A stretch of 64,000 bases of DNA from an uncultured Acidobacteriota bacterium (GTDB lineage Bacteria; Acidobacteriota; Vicinamibacteria; Vicinamibacterales; 2-12-FULL-66-21): positions 525,304-589,303 of the forward strand of contig CAWEMY010000005.1 in NCBI GenBank assembly GCA_963810305.1. Reading direction: 5' to 3'. A program made the translations under genes and the position numbers. Positions 47,164-54,939 of this stretch are shown one piece after another. Positions within the stretch are counted from its first letter, which is position 1, and every line of letters begins with the position of its first letter. The notes below the pieces were generated by a model, which worked only from the letters and a program-made list of their open reading frames with translations, did no database searches and had not been told where the DNA came from.

Positions 47164-48414
47164 TCACCGCACGAGTATGGTGGTCCGCAGAAAGCTGGCC
47201 GGGCCGGCGTTGCCCGCGAGCGACGAGCGCTGAGCGGGGTAATTCATGAGGCGCCCGACAACGACCTCTTTGGGATGCGAACCGCACCACGTGGGGGTGT
47301 TCCCCCCGAACACGTCATCGCACATGCCTTCGATAAAGAAGCCGAGCAGGTTGACCACCTTCGCCATGCAATTGTTGCCGCTGCAACCTGACGCGGCGAA
47401 CGCCGCGGTATCGAAGACGGCAATCGGCGCGATCCGGGGGCTGACATTCGTTCCAGTCGGATTGCTGCAGGTGTGAGTCGCCATGCAGCCGCCCTGCACC
47501 TCGTTGGTCACCCAGGTGGCACTTGGATCGAGCGCAATTAGCGCACGCACGCCTTGCTCAGTCGGACCCTGCCGAACGCCCTGGCGCACGTTGAGGCACC
47601 CTCCGGGCAGGTTCATGTCGTCACGTGAATCACAGGGATTAGCCGGGTTGTATATGCCGACCGTCGGCACCCACGTTGGACAGCCCGCGATCTCGTGGCG
47701 ATAGGTATTGGATCCGTTCCCTCCGCCAAGTTCGATTTCGAGCGACCAGCCGCCGCTCCACTGGTTCCGATCCCCTTTGAGTCCGAGCTGGAGGCCGTAG
47801 TCGTTCCCGGGCCCGGTCGCGCTGAATCCTGGTGCGGCGTAGGTGTCGACGCCCGGAGTGAAGATGTCGTCCCGATCCCACCCGGTGGGATCCGAGCCGC
47901 CTGGATTCGAGTTATCGGTCCACTTGTCGGCGACGATCCACGGCTTGATGCACTGAATCGAGTTGCCTGCGCCGGCCATCGCGGTCGCGGTTGCTCTCAC
48001 CCCTTGAGTGTTGATGTTCACCAGCTTTGCAAAGAAGGTCGGAAGATCCTGCTTCGTAATGTCCACCTTGACGCAGCCCGACGGCGTGTTCCACGGCGGT
48101 GGGCAGGCTAACGGGACGGTCACGGTGATATTCCCTGGCGCGACGTAGTCCGCAAGAACCAGGTGCCCCTGGGTCACTTTGGACGCGACTTCCCGTGCGT
48201 GGTTGTCCCCCTGCAATAAGACAAGAGACTGGGCGCCAGCCAGGGCACCGGCGTCGGCGCCGTTCTGCGCCTGTGCCCGCGCCGTCATCATGACGCCGTG
48301 ATCGATGACGAAAGACGATAGGGCCAGGAGTGCGAGGAGGCTGACCGCGACCTGCACCACTACGGCGCCGCGATCAGATTTCAAAGCCATTTGTACATCC
48401 AAACGTCCGATCAT
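47164..48414 (-). CDS. TadG-like protein (N-terminal TadE/G-like pseudopilin-type segment)
   Basis: N-terminus RGAVVVQVAVSLLALLALSSFVIDHGVMMTARAQAQNGADAGALAGA is typical of TadE/TadG-like proteins. No other tad genes are in the window. Confidence 0.7.
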   Translation of the reverse strand: MIGRLDVQMALKSDRGAVVVQVAVSLLALLALSSFVIDHGVMMTARAQAQNGADAGALAGAQSLVLLQGDNHAREVASKVTQGHLVLADYVAPGNITVTVPLACPPPWNTPSGCVKVDITKQDLPTFFAKLVNINTQGVRATATAMAGAGNSIQCIKPWIVADKWTDNSNPGGSDPTGWDRDDIFTPGVDTYAAPGFSATGPGNDYGLQLGLKGDRNQWSGGWSLEIELGGGNGSNTYRHEIAGCPTWVPTVGIYNPANPCDSRDDMNLPGGCLNVRQGVRQGPTEQGVRALIALDPSATWVTNEVQGGCMATHTCSNPTGTNVSPRIAPIAVFDTAAFAASGCSGNNCMAKVVNLLGFFIEGMCDDVFGGNTPTWCGSHPKEVVVGRLMNYPAQRSSLAGNAGPASFLRTTILVR

Positions 48415-48445
48415 TTACGCGAACAGGGGAAACAAGAGGTGACTG

Positions 48446-48608
48446 TCAGGTTGTCCGGCGTCTCCGCGCGGCAACCACACCGGCGAGGCCGCTGGCGAGC
48501 AACAGCATTGAAGCAGGCTCAGGCATCGGTTGAAGATTGGGGTCCTGTTGAACCGCGGTCAGGTCCAAGCGTTGCGGCTAAGACCCCGATCGCTGACACG
48601 TATCTCAT
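48446..48608 (-). pseudogene. Very small PEP-CTERM-tailed protein (~54 aa) with an apparent frame change near 48570
   Basis: The ATG at 48608 gives the signal-like sequence MRYVSAIGVLAATLG. The adjacent frame reads ...DLTAVQQDPNLQPMPEPASMLLLASGLAGVVAARRRRTT*, which is a PEP motif plus TM helix plus Arg cluster. Too short to appear in the ORF track. Confidence 0.45.
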
Positions 48609-49050
48609 TTCTATATCTTTCTTAAAATAACGATGACTGCTGAAGCGCAATCGGAAGGCCAAGCGATCGCGGAGGGCTTTTGCTCGGCAAACGCGAACTG
48701 TCTGTTGAGCAGCGCGAGAAATTCCGCTGCAGGCGCGACTAAACTCGGCGCCGAGTGCGATGGGCCGCTGAGTGCGTCAGGGGAAGAGGACTAGACTGTT
48801 TTTCTGAAAGGAATATACCGTTCTGCGGGAAAAGGCATAGATCCCATTCGAGCCGCTAGCGATGGAAAACGGAAGACGCGAAACGGCGCGGGTGGTTCCG
48901 CTCTGCATGCGGTTACTCGCTACCTTGGAGATGCGGCAGATCGAAAAGGAGGGGATTGGCCCTTCGACTCGCGCCTTCGGCGCTCGCTCAGGGCACTCTC
49001 CGTGTAAGGGACACGGCTGCCACGAGCGAGCCGCGCAGCGGCGAGTCGAG

Positions 49051-49137
49051 TGGTGCGAAAGGGGGGATTCGAACCCCCACGTTCTTGCGAACGCCAGCCC
49101 CTCAAGCTGGTGCGTCTGCCAGTTCCGCCACTTTCGC
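49051..49137 (-). tRNA. tRNA-Leu (anticodon GAG), CCA encoded
   Basis: Reverse complement: GCGAAAG acceptor stem pairing with CTTTCGC, anticodon stem CCAGC/GCTGG with loop TTGAGGG, a long variable arm, T-arm GGGGGTTCGAATCCCCC, and 3' ACCA. Confidence 0.95.
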
Positions 49138-49145
49138 GATGAGGG

Positions 49146-49241
49146 CAGGCCGGCTAAAGCCGGCCTCTACCTGTCGAAGACCAGGCCGGCTAACCCGGCC
49201 TCTACCTGTCGAAGACCAGGCCGGCTAAAGCCGGCCTCTAC
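49146..49241. repeat. 2.7 tandem copies of a 35-nt unit containing the AGGCCGGCTAAAGCCGGCCT hairpin
   Basis: The unit CAGGCCGGCTAAAGCCGGCCTCTACCTGTCGAAGAC starts at 49146, 49181 and 49216. The last copy supplies the secG stop codon. The hairpin is the same as at 8336 and 59823. Confidence 0.85.
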
Positions 49242-49537
49242 TTTGGCTGCTGCTGTTGCTGCGGCGCCGCCGGACTGCCGACTCCCTGGATCAACGAACC
49301 CGGGCCGCGCTGGCCGAGGATCCCGAGCACGATCGCGCCGATCATGAACAGCGCCCCGAGGATCGAGCTGGCACGAGTAAGGACGGTTGCTCCGGCGCGC
49401 GCGCCGAACGCCGTCTGGCTCCCGCCGCCGCCGAACGCGCTTGCCATGTCCCCCCCTTTGCCCTGCTGCAGCAACACCACGAGCAGGAGCAGGAAGCACG
49501 AGAGGACGTACAAGGTCGCGATCAAGTAGTAAAGCAT
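49238..49537 (-). CDS. secG: Preprotein translocase subunit SecG
   Basis: Internal ATG at 49537 gives MLYYLIATLYVLSCFLLLLVVLLQQGKGGDMASAFGGGGSQTAFGARAG..., the hallmark SecG pattern. Confidence 0.85.
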   Translation of the reverse strand: MLYYLIATLYVLSCFLLLLVVLLQQGKGGDMASAFGGGGSQTAFGARAGATVLTRASSILGALFMIGAIVLGILGQRGPGSLIQGVGSPAAPQQQQQPK

Positions 49538-49586
49538 AAGTGCCGATTTTACAGGATCAGCCTCGTTCTTGCACGTTTCCTCACGT

Positions 49587-50192
49587 TCACCCCTGCCAAT
49601 ACGCGTCGGGATCATCCATCGGCAGGACCGCGGCTTCGACCTGAATATGGCCGTTCTTCTTCACGTCGATGGTTCTTTCAGGCACCTCGTACCCAGGTTT
49701 CGAAACGAACAGTCTGTGCTCGGCCCCTGCTACGGCAAACCTGGCCAGGCCGGTTGCGTCGGTCGATCCTCGATAAACACCCAGGCGCACGTGTGCATCA
49801 TGGATCGGGGCTTCCGTGTCCCTTTCCACGACTTTGACGGCCACGAGGTGTTCTGGCGGCGGGACGACCACGAACGTAAACGAGCAGGACGACGCGTGGT
49901 GCGGCAACGGCCGATCGGCTGCGGCAAAGTGAAGGGACCAGGAAAAGACCCCCGGCTCGACCGGCGCGACCACTCCGATGTCAGTCCAATACAATGCCGT
50001 CGTGCCCGGCAGAGGTGCGTCTCCCAGCACCGAGCCGGCTACTATCTCGCCGGCTTCATCGCGGATCTCGATCGGTTGCCCCGCGAGTACACAGCCTGCC
50101 GTGCATCTCGCGGCCACCTTGAGTCCATACCTTTCGCCAATCACGACCGGCGACGGATTGTCCCAGACGGCCAAACTCGTCTCGTGAGGCAT
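49587..50192 (-). CDS. Hypothetical protein with C-terminal carboxypeptidase-regulatory-like (beta-sandwich) domain
   Basis: Internal ATG at 50192, 10 nt after the upstream stop. The C-terminal VRLGVYRGSTDATGLARFAVAGAEHRLFVSKPGYE resembles CarboxypepD_reg-type domains. Confidence 0.55.
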   Translation of the reverse strand: MPHETSLAVWDNPSPVVIGERYGLKVAARCTAGCVLAGQPIEIRDEAGEIVAGSVLGDAPLPGTTALYWTDIGVVAPVEPGVFSWSLHFAAADRPLPHHASSCSFTFVVVPPPEHLVAVKVVERDTEAPIHDAHVRLGVYRGSTDATGLARFAVAGAEHRLFVSKPGYEVPERTIDVKKNGHIQVEAAVLPMDDPDAYWQG

Positions 50193-50202
50193 CGGACCGC
50201 TC

Positions 50203-51936
50203 TTATCCAAGGGGCTTGGCCGCTGCCATTCCCGCCAGCCGTCCGAAGACGGCGCACCTTCCGAGGCCGTGTAGCGCGAATCCGCCCTGGACCTCACCGG
50301 CAGCATACAGTCCCGGGATCACCTCGCCACGAGTATCCATGACCTGGCAGCTGGTGTTCGTTCTGAGACCGGTGACTGAATCGTGGAGACACGGGGTCGC
50401 CCAGGCTGCGTAAAAGGGCGGCCTCGCGATCTTATGTGGCGGGCTGGGCCTCTTGAAGTCCACGTCTACGCCGGTATCCACGAAGGAGTTGAAGCGTTCG
50501 ACCGTTTCCCGAAGGACTGTGGGGGGCATCGGCCTCCGCTGGAATGGGTTTCGGATCTGCCTCGCCAGTTCCTCCAATGTCTCACCGCTGAAGAAATAGC
50601 CGCCCTCCCGATCGACCACCGGCGGCTCGGTCGACCAGCGCTCTCTCTCTACAGCGGCTCGATCGAAGATCGCCCAGATTGGCCCGCCGCCGTTCAGCTT
50701 GTCGGGATCGTCCGTGCCAGCCAGCGCATGGGCAAAGTATCCATCGTGGCTGCCGTCCAGCTCATTGTAGAATCGCCGGCCATTTTCCTTCACGAGGATC
50801 AGATTCTGCCAGTTCGTTACCGACATGCCGCTGGCGCGGGCCCTGAAAAAGACGGGACTCTCAGGAGTGATCAGCGCGCGTGCGTAGTTGTCCTGCGTGG
50901 CGAGGCGTCCCTTGTTCAACACCCGGTGCTGGTGCGCCTGGTTGACGGTGCCCCAGAGGGAGGCGCCGACGGCCATGGCGGCAAGCTCTCCATCACCGTT
51001 GTGGGGCGCCAGCGTATGGCCATGCCACTGATACTCCGACGTCAGGCGCGGGTCGAACAGGCGGCGGAACTGAACATTGTTCCCGTGGCCGCCGGTGCAC
51101 AGGACTACGCCCCTGCGGGCCCGGATATTGATGGTCCGCTCCATGGGCCGGAAATGACGGTCCACCTGCCCGACGGTGACACCTGTCACCCTGCCGGCGG
51201 TGCGCCCTTCCCTGAAGACGCTCAGCATTCTGTGCGACAGGAGAATCTCTACCCCTTTGCGCCGCGCGCTTCGCTCGAGCGCCCTGACGATACCCGACCC
51301 GTTTCTTCGCTGATCGTGGGCCACGAGCTGGCTGCGGATCGGCCATTCACGCGGCCGGATCTCTCTCGGTACCGTCGAAGCGTCCTCGGGCCCGCCGAGG
51401 TAGTCTTCCTCCCAATCGAGTCCGTTCTCGGTCAGAAACTCGAACGTCGCTACAGTCTCGTCGGCAAACATGCGAACGAGCTCTCGATCGTTGAATCTGG
51501 CTGCCACGTGGTCGGGCCGGGTCCAGTCTCTGAAGACCATGTCGGGCGAATCCTCGATGCCCTTCTGCTTCTGGAGCCTGTTGCCGCCACCAAGGTGCAT
51601 GCTGCCGCCGCTCATGATCGCGATTCCGCCGATGTCAAAATGCTGCTCGACCAGCAGCACAGAGGCGCCTCCGTCGCGCGCCGCAATGGCCGCCGGGAGG
51701 CCGGCTGCGCCTGCTCCGAGGACCACGACATCGACTTCGCGGTGCCACTGAATCTCGCCGGCTTGGGCGGCTGGCGCCGCCTGGGTGGCTGACGCAGCTG
51801 TCGGGCCAAGTCCTGCAAGAGTCGCGGCCCCGCCGACGCCGGCGATCGCACCCGACCTGAGGAACTTCCTTCGACTGCCACTACGTGGGTTCCCGCTGTC
51901 ACCGTGCTTTCGACGATCTCGATCTTCGTTGGCCAC
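50203..51936 (-). CDS. Tat-exported FAD-dependent oxidoreductase (fumarate reductase / KstD-like flavoprotein family)
   Basis: Twin-arginine signal SRRKFLRSGAIAGVGGAATLA and dinucleotide motif VDVVVLGAGAAGLPAAIAARDGG. The proposed GTG start near 51936 is approximate. Confidence 0.8.
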   Translation of the reverse strand: MANEDRDRRKHGDSGNPRSGSRRKFLRSGAIAGVGGAATLAGLGPTAASATQAAPAAQAGEIQWHREVDVVVLGAGAAGLPAAIAARDGGASVLLVEQHFDIGGIAIMSGGSMHLGGGNRLQKQKGIEDSPDMVFRDWTRPDHVAARFNDRELVRMFADETVATFEFLTENGLDWEEDYLGGPEDASTVPREIRPREWPIRSQLVAHDQRRNGSGIVRALERSARRKGVEILLSHRMLSVFREGRTAGRVTGVTVGQVDRHFRPMERTINIRARRGVVLCTGGHGNNVQFRRLFDPRLTSEYQWHGHTLAPHNGDGELAAMAVGASLWGTVNQAHQHRVLNKGRLATQDNYARALITPESPVFFRARASGMSVTNWQNLILVKENGRRFYNELDGSHDGYFAHALAGTDDPDKLNGGGPIWAIFDRAAVERERWSTEPPVVDREGGYFFSGETLEELARQIRNPFQRRPMPPTVLRETVERFNSFVDTGVDVDFKRPSPPHKIARPPFYAAWATPCLHDSVTGLRTNTSCQVMDTRGEVIPGLYAAGEVQGGFALHGLGRCAVFGRLAGMAAAKPLG

Positions 51937-52009
51937 TCTGGCGCCTCCGCGTCCGGCGATCTGCCGATGGGTCAAAAGGGAGTACTCGTGGTTGGACCCG
52001 AGTGGTACG

Positions 52010-53589
52010 TCAAAAGCGGTCGATGCCGCTGGTCGTCCCGGCAGGAAGTTTCGCGCCCAACTTGAGGAGCAGGGCCATGGTACTCTCGTACCTGCTGGCC
52101 CCCGCACGCTGACCCACGCCAGCTGCAATCTGGTACGGCGTCAACCCCCGGCGGTCCGCCGCGTTCAGATTCGCGCCCTTGTCGGCCAGGAATTGAACGA
52201 TGCTGTCCCCCTGGATGCTGGCGGCGTGGTGCAGTGCGGTTTGGCCACCCGGACCCGGCGCATCGAGGTCGGCACCAAGGGACGCGATCAGTTGCACGGC
52301 CTCCAGAGCTTTCGCCGCCTCCTCCTTGCTGCGTTCCTGACCCGCCCCGTCAATAATCCGCTTTGCTCCTGCAGCGAGCATCAACGCCGTCGTCCCATCC
52401 TCCAACGCCAGATCCGGATCGGCGCCTGCAGCCAGCATCATGCGCATGATGCGAACGTCACCGGCGGCAGCGGCCAGAGCAAACGGTGTCCCTCCTTCGG
52501 GGTTATTCTCCCGAAACGTAAACATCGCCAGCCGCGAGAAGCGCCGCGTGACCCGAGCGTTCGGATTCGCGCCCCGCGAGAGAAGCGCCTCGACCAGCTG
52601 CGGCATGTTGGGGCGCCGTACGGGATCATGAAAAGGTCTGAAGAGGAAGCCGCTGATTGCGGCCCATCCTTCGGGCACCGCATGATGCAACGCCGTCCAG
52701 CCATAGGCATCCGCCGCATTTGGGTCTGCTCCATGCTCCAGCAGGAACCGGGAGAGCGCCTCATGGCCGCTGGCGGTCGCCATCACCAATGGGCTGGGGT
52801 TCTGTGCCGGCACAAAACAGAGGGGGTCGTCCGGGCCGGTGCGGTCTCGGTCGGTTGTGCCAATGCAGGCCCCACCGGTCAGGTCACGACGGGCTCCGGG
52901 CGCCCGGGAGGTGACCTCGTTCACGTTCGCGCCCGCCGCGACCAGAATCCGGGCTGACTCGAGGTCTCCCTCCTGTGCGGCAAAGAGCAACGCCGTGAAT
53001 CCACCCGTGGAGCGTGCACGCCAATCCGCTCCTGCCTCGATCAGCGCCCGTACGACTTCCGGGTGTTTCGCCGCAACGGCCCGCATCAAGGCCGTATGCC
53101 CCCCTTGCCGTGTCTCCTTCGCATTCACGTCCGCTTGGCGAGACAGCAGGGACTTGACCGCTTCCACGTGGCCCGTGCGGGCGCATGTCATGAGCGCCGT
53201 CTCTCCGGTCCACTGGGTCAGGTTCGGATCAGCGCCAGCCCTCAAGAGGGTCTCGACCATGGCGCGCTCCGATTGACGCAGGCGAGTGTCAGAGGCGTAA
53301 CGCCGTAGGTGTTGGCCAAATTTGGATCGGCGCCAGCGCGAACCAGAAGATCTGCCGTCTCCAGGTTGTCCCGGTGGGCTGCCCACGCCAACGCGGTCGC
53401 TCCATCAGGTTCGGTCGCATCGACCTTTGCGCCCTGTTTTATGAGAGCACGCACGACCGCAGGCGAGCTGCCGTTCTTGACCGCCGCCAGCAGCCGCAGA
53501 TCGTCGGCGGCGACGGGAATACTGGCGGCTGAGAGCATCCACGCCAACGCCCAGCCGGCGCGAACGCTGGTTCCATCCATCGTGAACAC
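52010..53589 (-). pseudogene. Secreted ankyrin-repeat protein (~12 repeats), one frame change near 53265
   Basis: Track ORF 53242..53589 gives a signal peptide and the first repeats, ending at ...GVTPLTLACVNRS. Track ORF 52010..53386 continues ERAMVETLLRAGADPN..., with repeated G.TALH.A motifs. Confidence 0.8.
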
Positions 53590-53592
53590 GCG

Positions 53593-54939
53593 CTACACGG
53601 ACAGCAGGTCGAGCTTCCCGGTGCTGTCGCCAAACTGCTCCACCGGAAGCCCGAGCCTGTCCAGCAAAGCGAGATACATATTCGTCATCGGCGTATCTTT
53701 TGGGTACTGGAGGTGCCGACCGCCTTTGATCCGGCCGTCGCCGTCGCCGAATATCAAGAGCGGCAGATTCCGGAAGTCGTGCGAATTGCCATCGGAGATG
53801 GCGCTGCCGAAGGTGACGATCGAGTGGTCCAGCAGGGAGCCATCGCCGTCGGCAGTCGACCGCAGCTTCTCCACGTAATAGGCGAACAATTCGGATTGCA
53901 GGGTTTCGATCCGGATCACCTTCTCGATCTTCGCGCGATCGCCGCCGTGATGCGTCAAGGGATGATGCGCGTCGGCAATCCCGATTTCGGGGAATGGTCG
54001 ATTCGTCTTCTCACGGCCCATCATGAAAGTGATGACGCGGGTGATATCAGCCTGGAAGGCGAGAACCTGCAAGTCAAACATCAACCTGGCATGTTCCTGG
54101 TAGGTGGCGGGGATCCCGACCGGCCGCTCCACCACAGGCAGCTCCCTGGGACTCTGCTTCTCGGCCACTTCGATGCGACGTTCAATGTCGCGAATGGAAT
54201 GGGCGTACTCGGACAGCTTCGCCTGGTCGCCGGGACCGAGCTCCCGCACAAGATCAGCCATGGCGTGGCTCATCGAGTCGAGGATGCTGCGATTGCGTCG
54301 GAAGCTGGCACGCTGCTCTCGCGCGTCCGTGCTCTGGAGGTCGCCGAACAGCCGCTCGAATACTCGACGCGGATTGTGCTCCATGGGGAGCGGCGTCGTG
54401 GGACCTTGCCAGCAGAGCGTGTTGATATAGGCGCAGTTCCAGCCTCGTTCACATGCGCCGGAGATCCCGGCGGAATCGAGACTGACTTCGAGTGACGTCA
54501 ATTGGGTGTGCTTGCCGATTTCTCTCGCGATGATTTGATCGAACGAAATTCCGTTGCGGAAGTCGCTGCCATCGGTCCACTTCGGCTGAACTCCTGTCAG
54601 ATACGCACCGGCGGGGCGCTCGTGCACGCCGATCTGCTGCCCGGGCAACGCTCGCGCCTGTTCCTGGGAGAGTCCGGTCAGAACGGCGAATCGATCGCGA
54701 TGCGGGGCGAGCGGTTTGAGAAGGCGAGGCAGCTCGAAGTCGTTGCCCGCCGTCGCGGGTGTCCAGTCGTCCATGATCCGGCCATTCGGAACATACACAA
54801 CGCACAATCGCTTCACCGGTTCAAGCGAGCTCGCGCTGGCGAACGCCGGGATCATGGCGTCCAGCGCGGGAAGGGCCACCGCTGCACCGATGCCCCGCAG
54901 AAACGTGCGCCGAGGGATTGCCTTCTTGAAGATCATCAT
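53593..54939 (-). CDS. DUF1501 family protein (sulfatase/alkaline-phosphatase-like fold) with Tat signal
   Basis: N-terminus MMIFKKAIPRRTFLRGIGAAVALPAL, 448 aa. The start overlaps the stop of the upstream DUF1592-type gene (ATGA). Confidence 0.85.
   Translation of the reverse strand: MMIFKKAIPRRTFLRGIGAAVALPALDAMIPAFASASSLEPVKRLCVVYVPNGRIMDDWTPATAGNDFELPRLLKPLAPHRDRFAVLTGLSQEQARALPGQQIGVHERPAGAYLTGVQPKWTDGSDFRNGISFDQIIAREIGKHTQLTSLEVSLDSAGISGACERGWNCAYINTLCWQGPTTPLPMEHNPRRVFERLFGDLQSTDAREQRASFRRNRSILDSMSHAMADLVRELGPGDQAKLSEYAHSIRDIERRIEVAEKQSPRELPVVERPVGIPATYQEHARLMFDLQVLAFQADITRVITFMMGREKTNRPFPEIGIADAHHPLTHHGGDRAKIEKVIRIETLQSELFAYYVEKLRSTADGDGSLLDHSIVTFGSAISDGNSHDFRNLPLLIFGDGDGRIKGGRHLQYPKDTPMTNMYLALLDRLGLPVEQFGDSTGKLDLLSV

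Noticed and set aside
48446-49137. tRNA-Leu as the integration site of a genomic island extending leftwards (TadG-like gene, PEP-CTERM gene, glycan locus)
   Set aside because: No integrase or recombinase gene is present. I saw no direct repeat of the tRNA 3' end further left. The glycan locus has the same high GC as the flanks. The secG-tRNA-Leu linkage is an ancestral arrangement.
48862-49347. 161-aa and 90-aa plus-strand ORFs across 48.9-49.3 kb
   Set aside because: They read straight through the tRNA-Leu gene and the 35-nt hairpin repeats, which yields the peptide RPAKAGLY / GRLKPAST. That is a translation of structured non-coding DNA.
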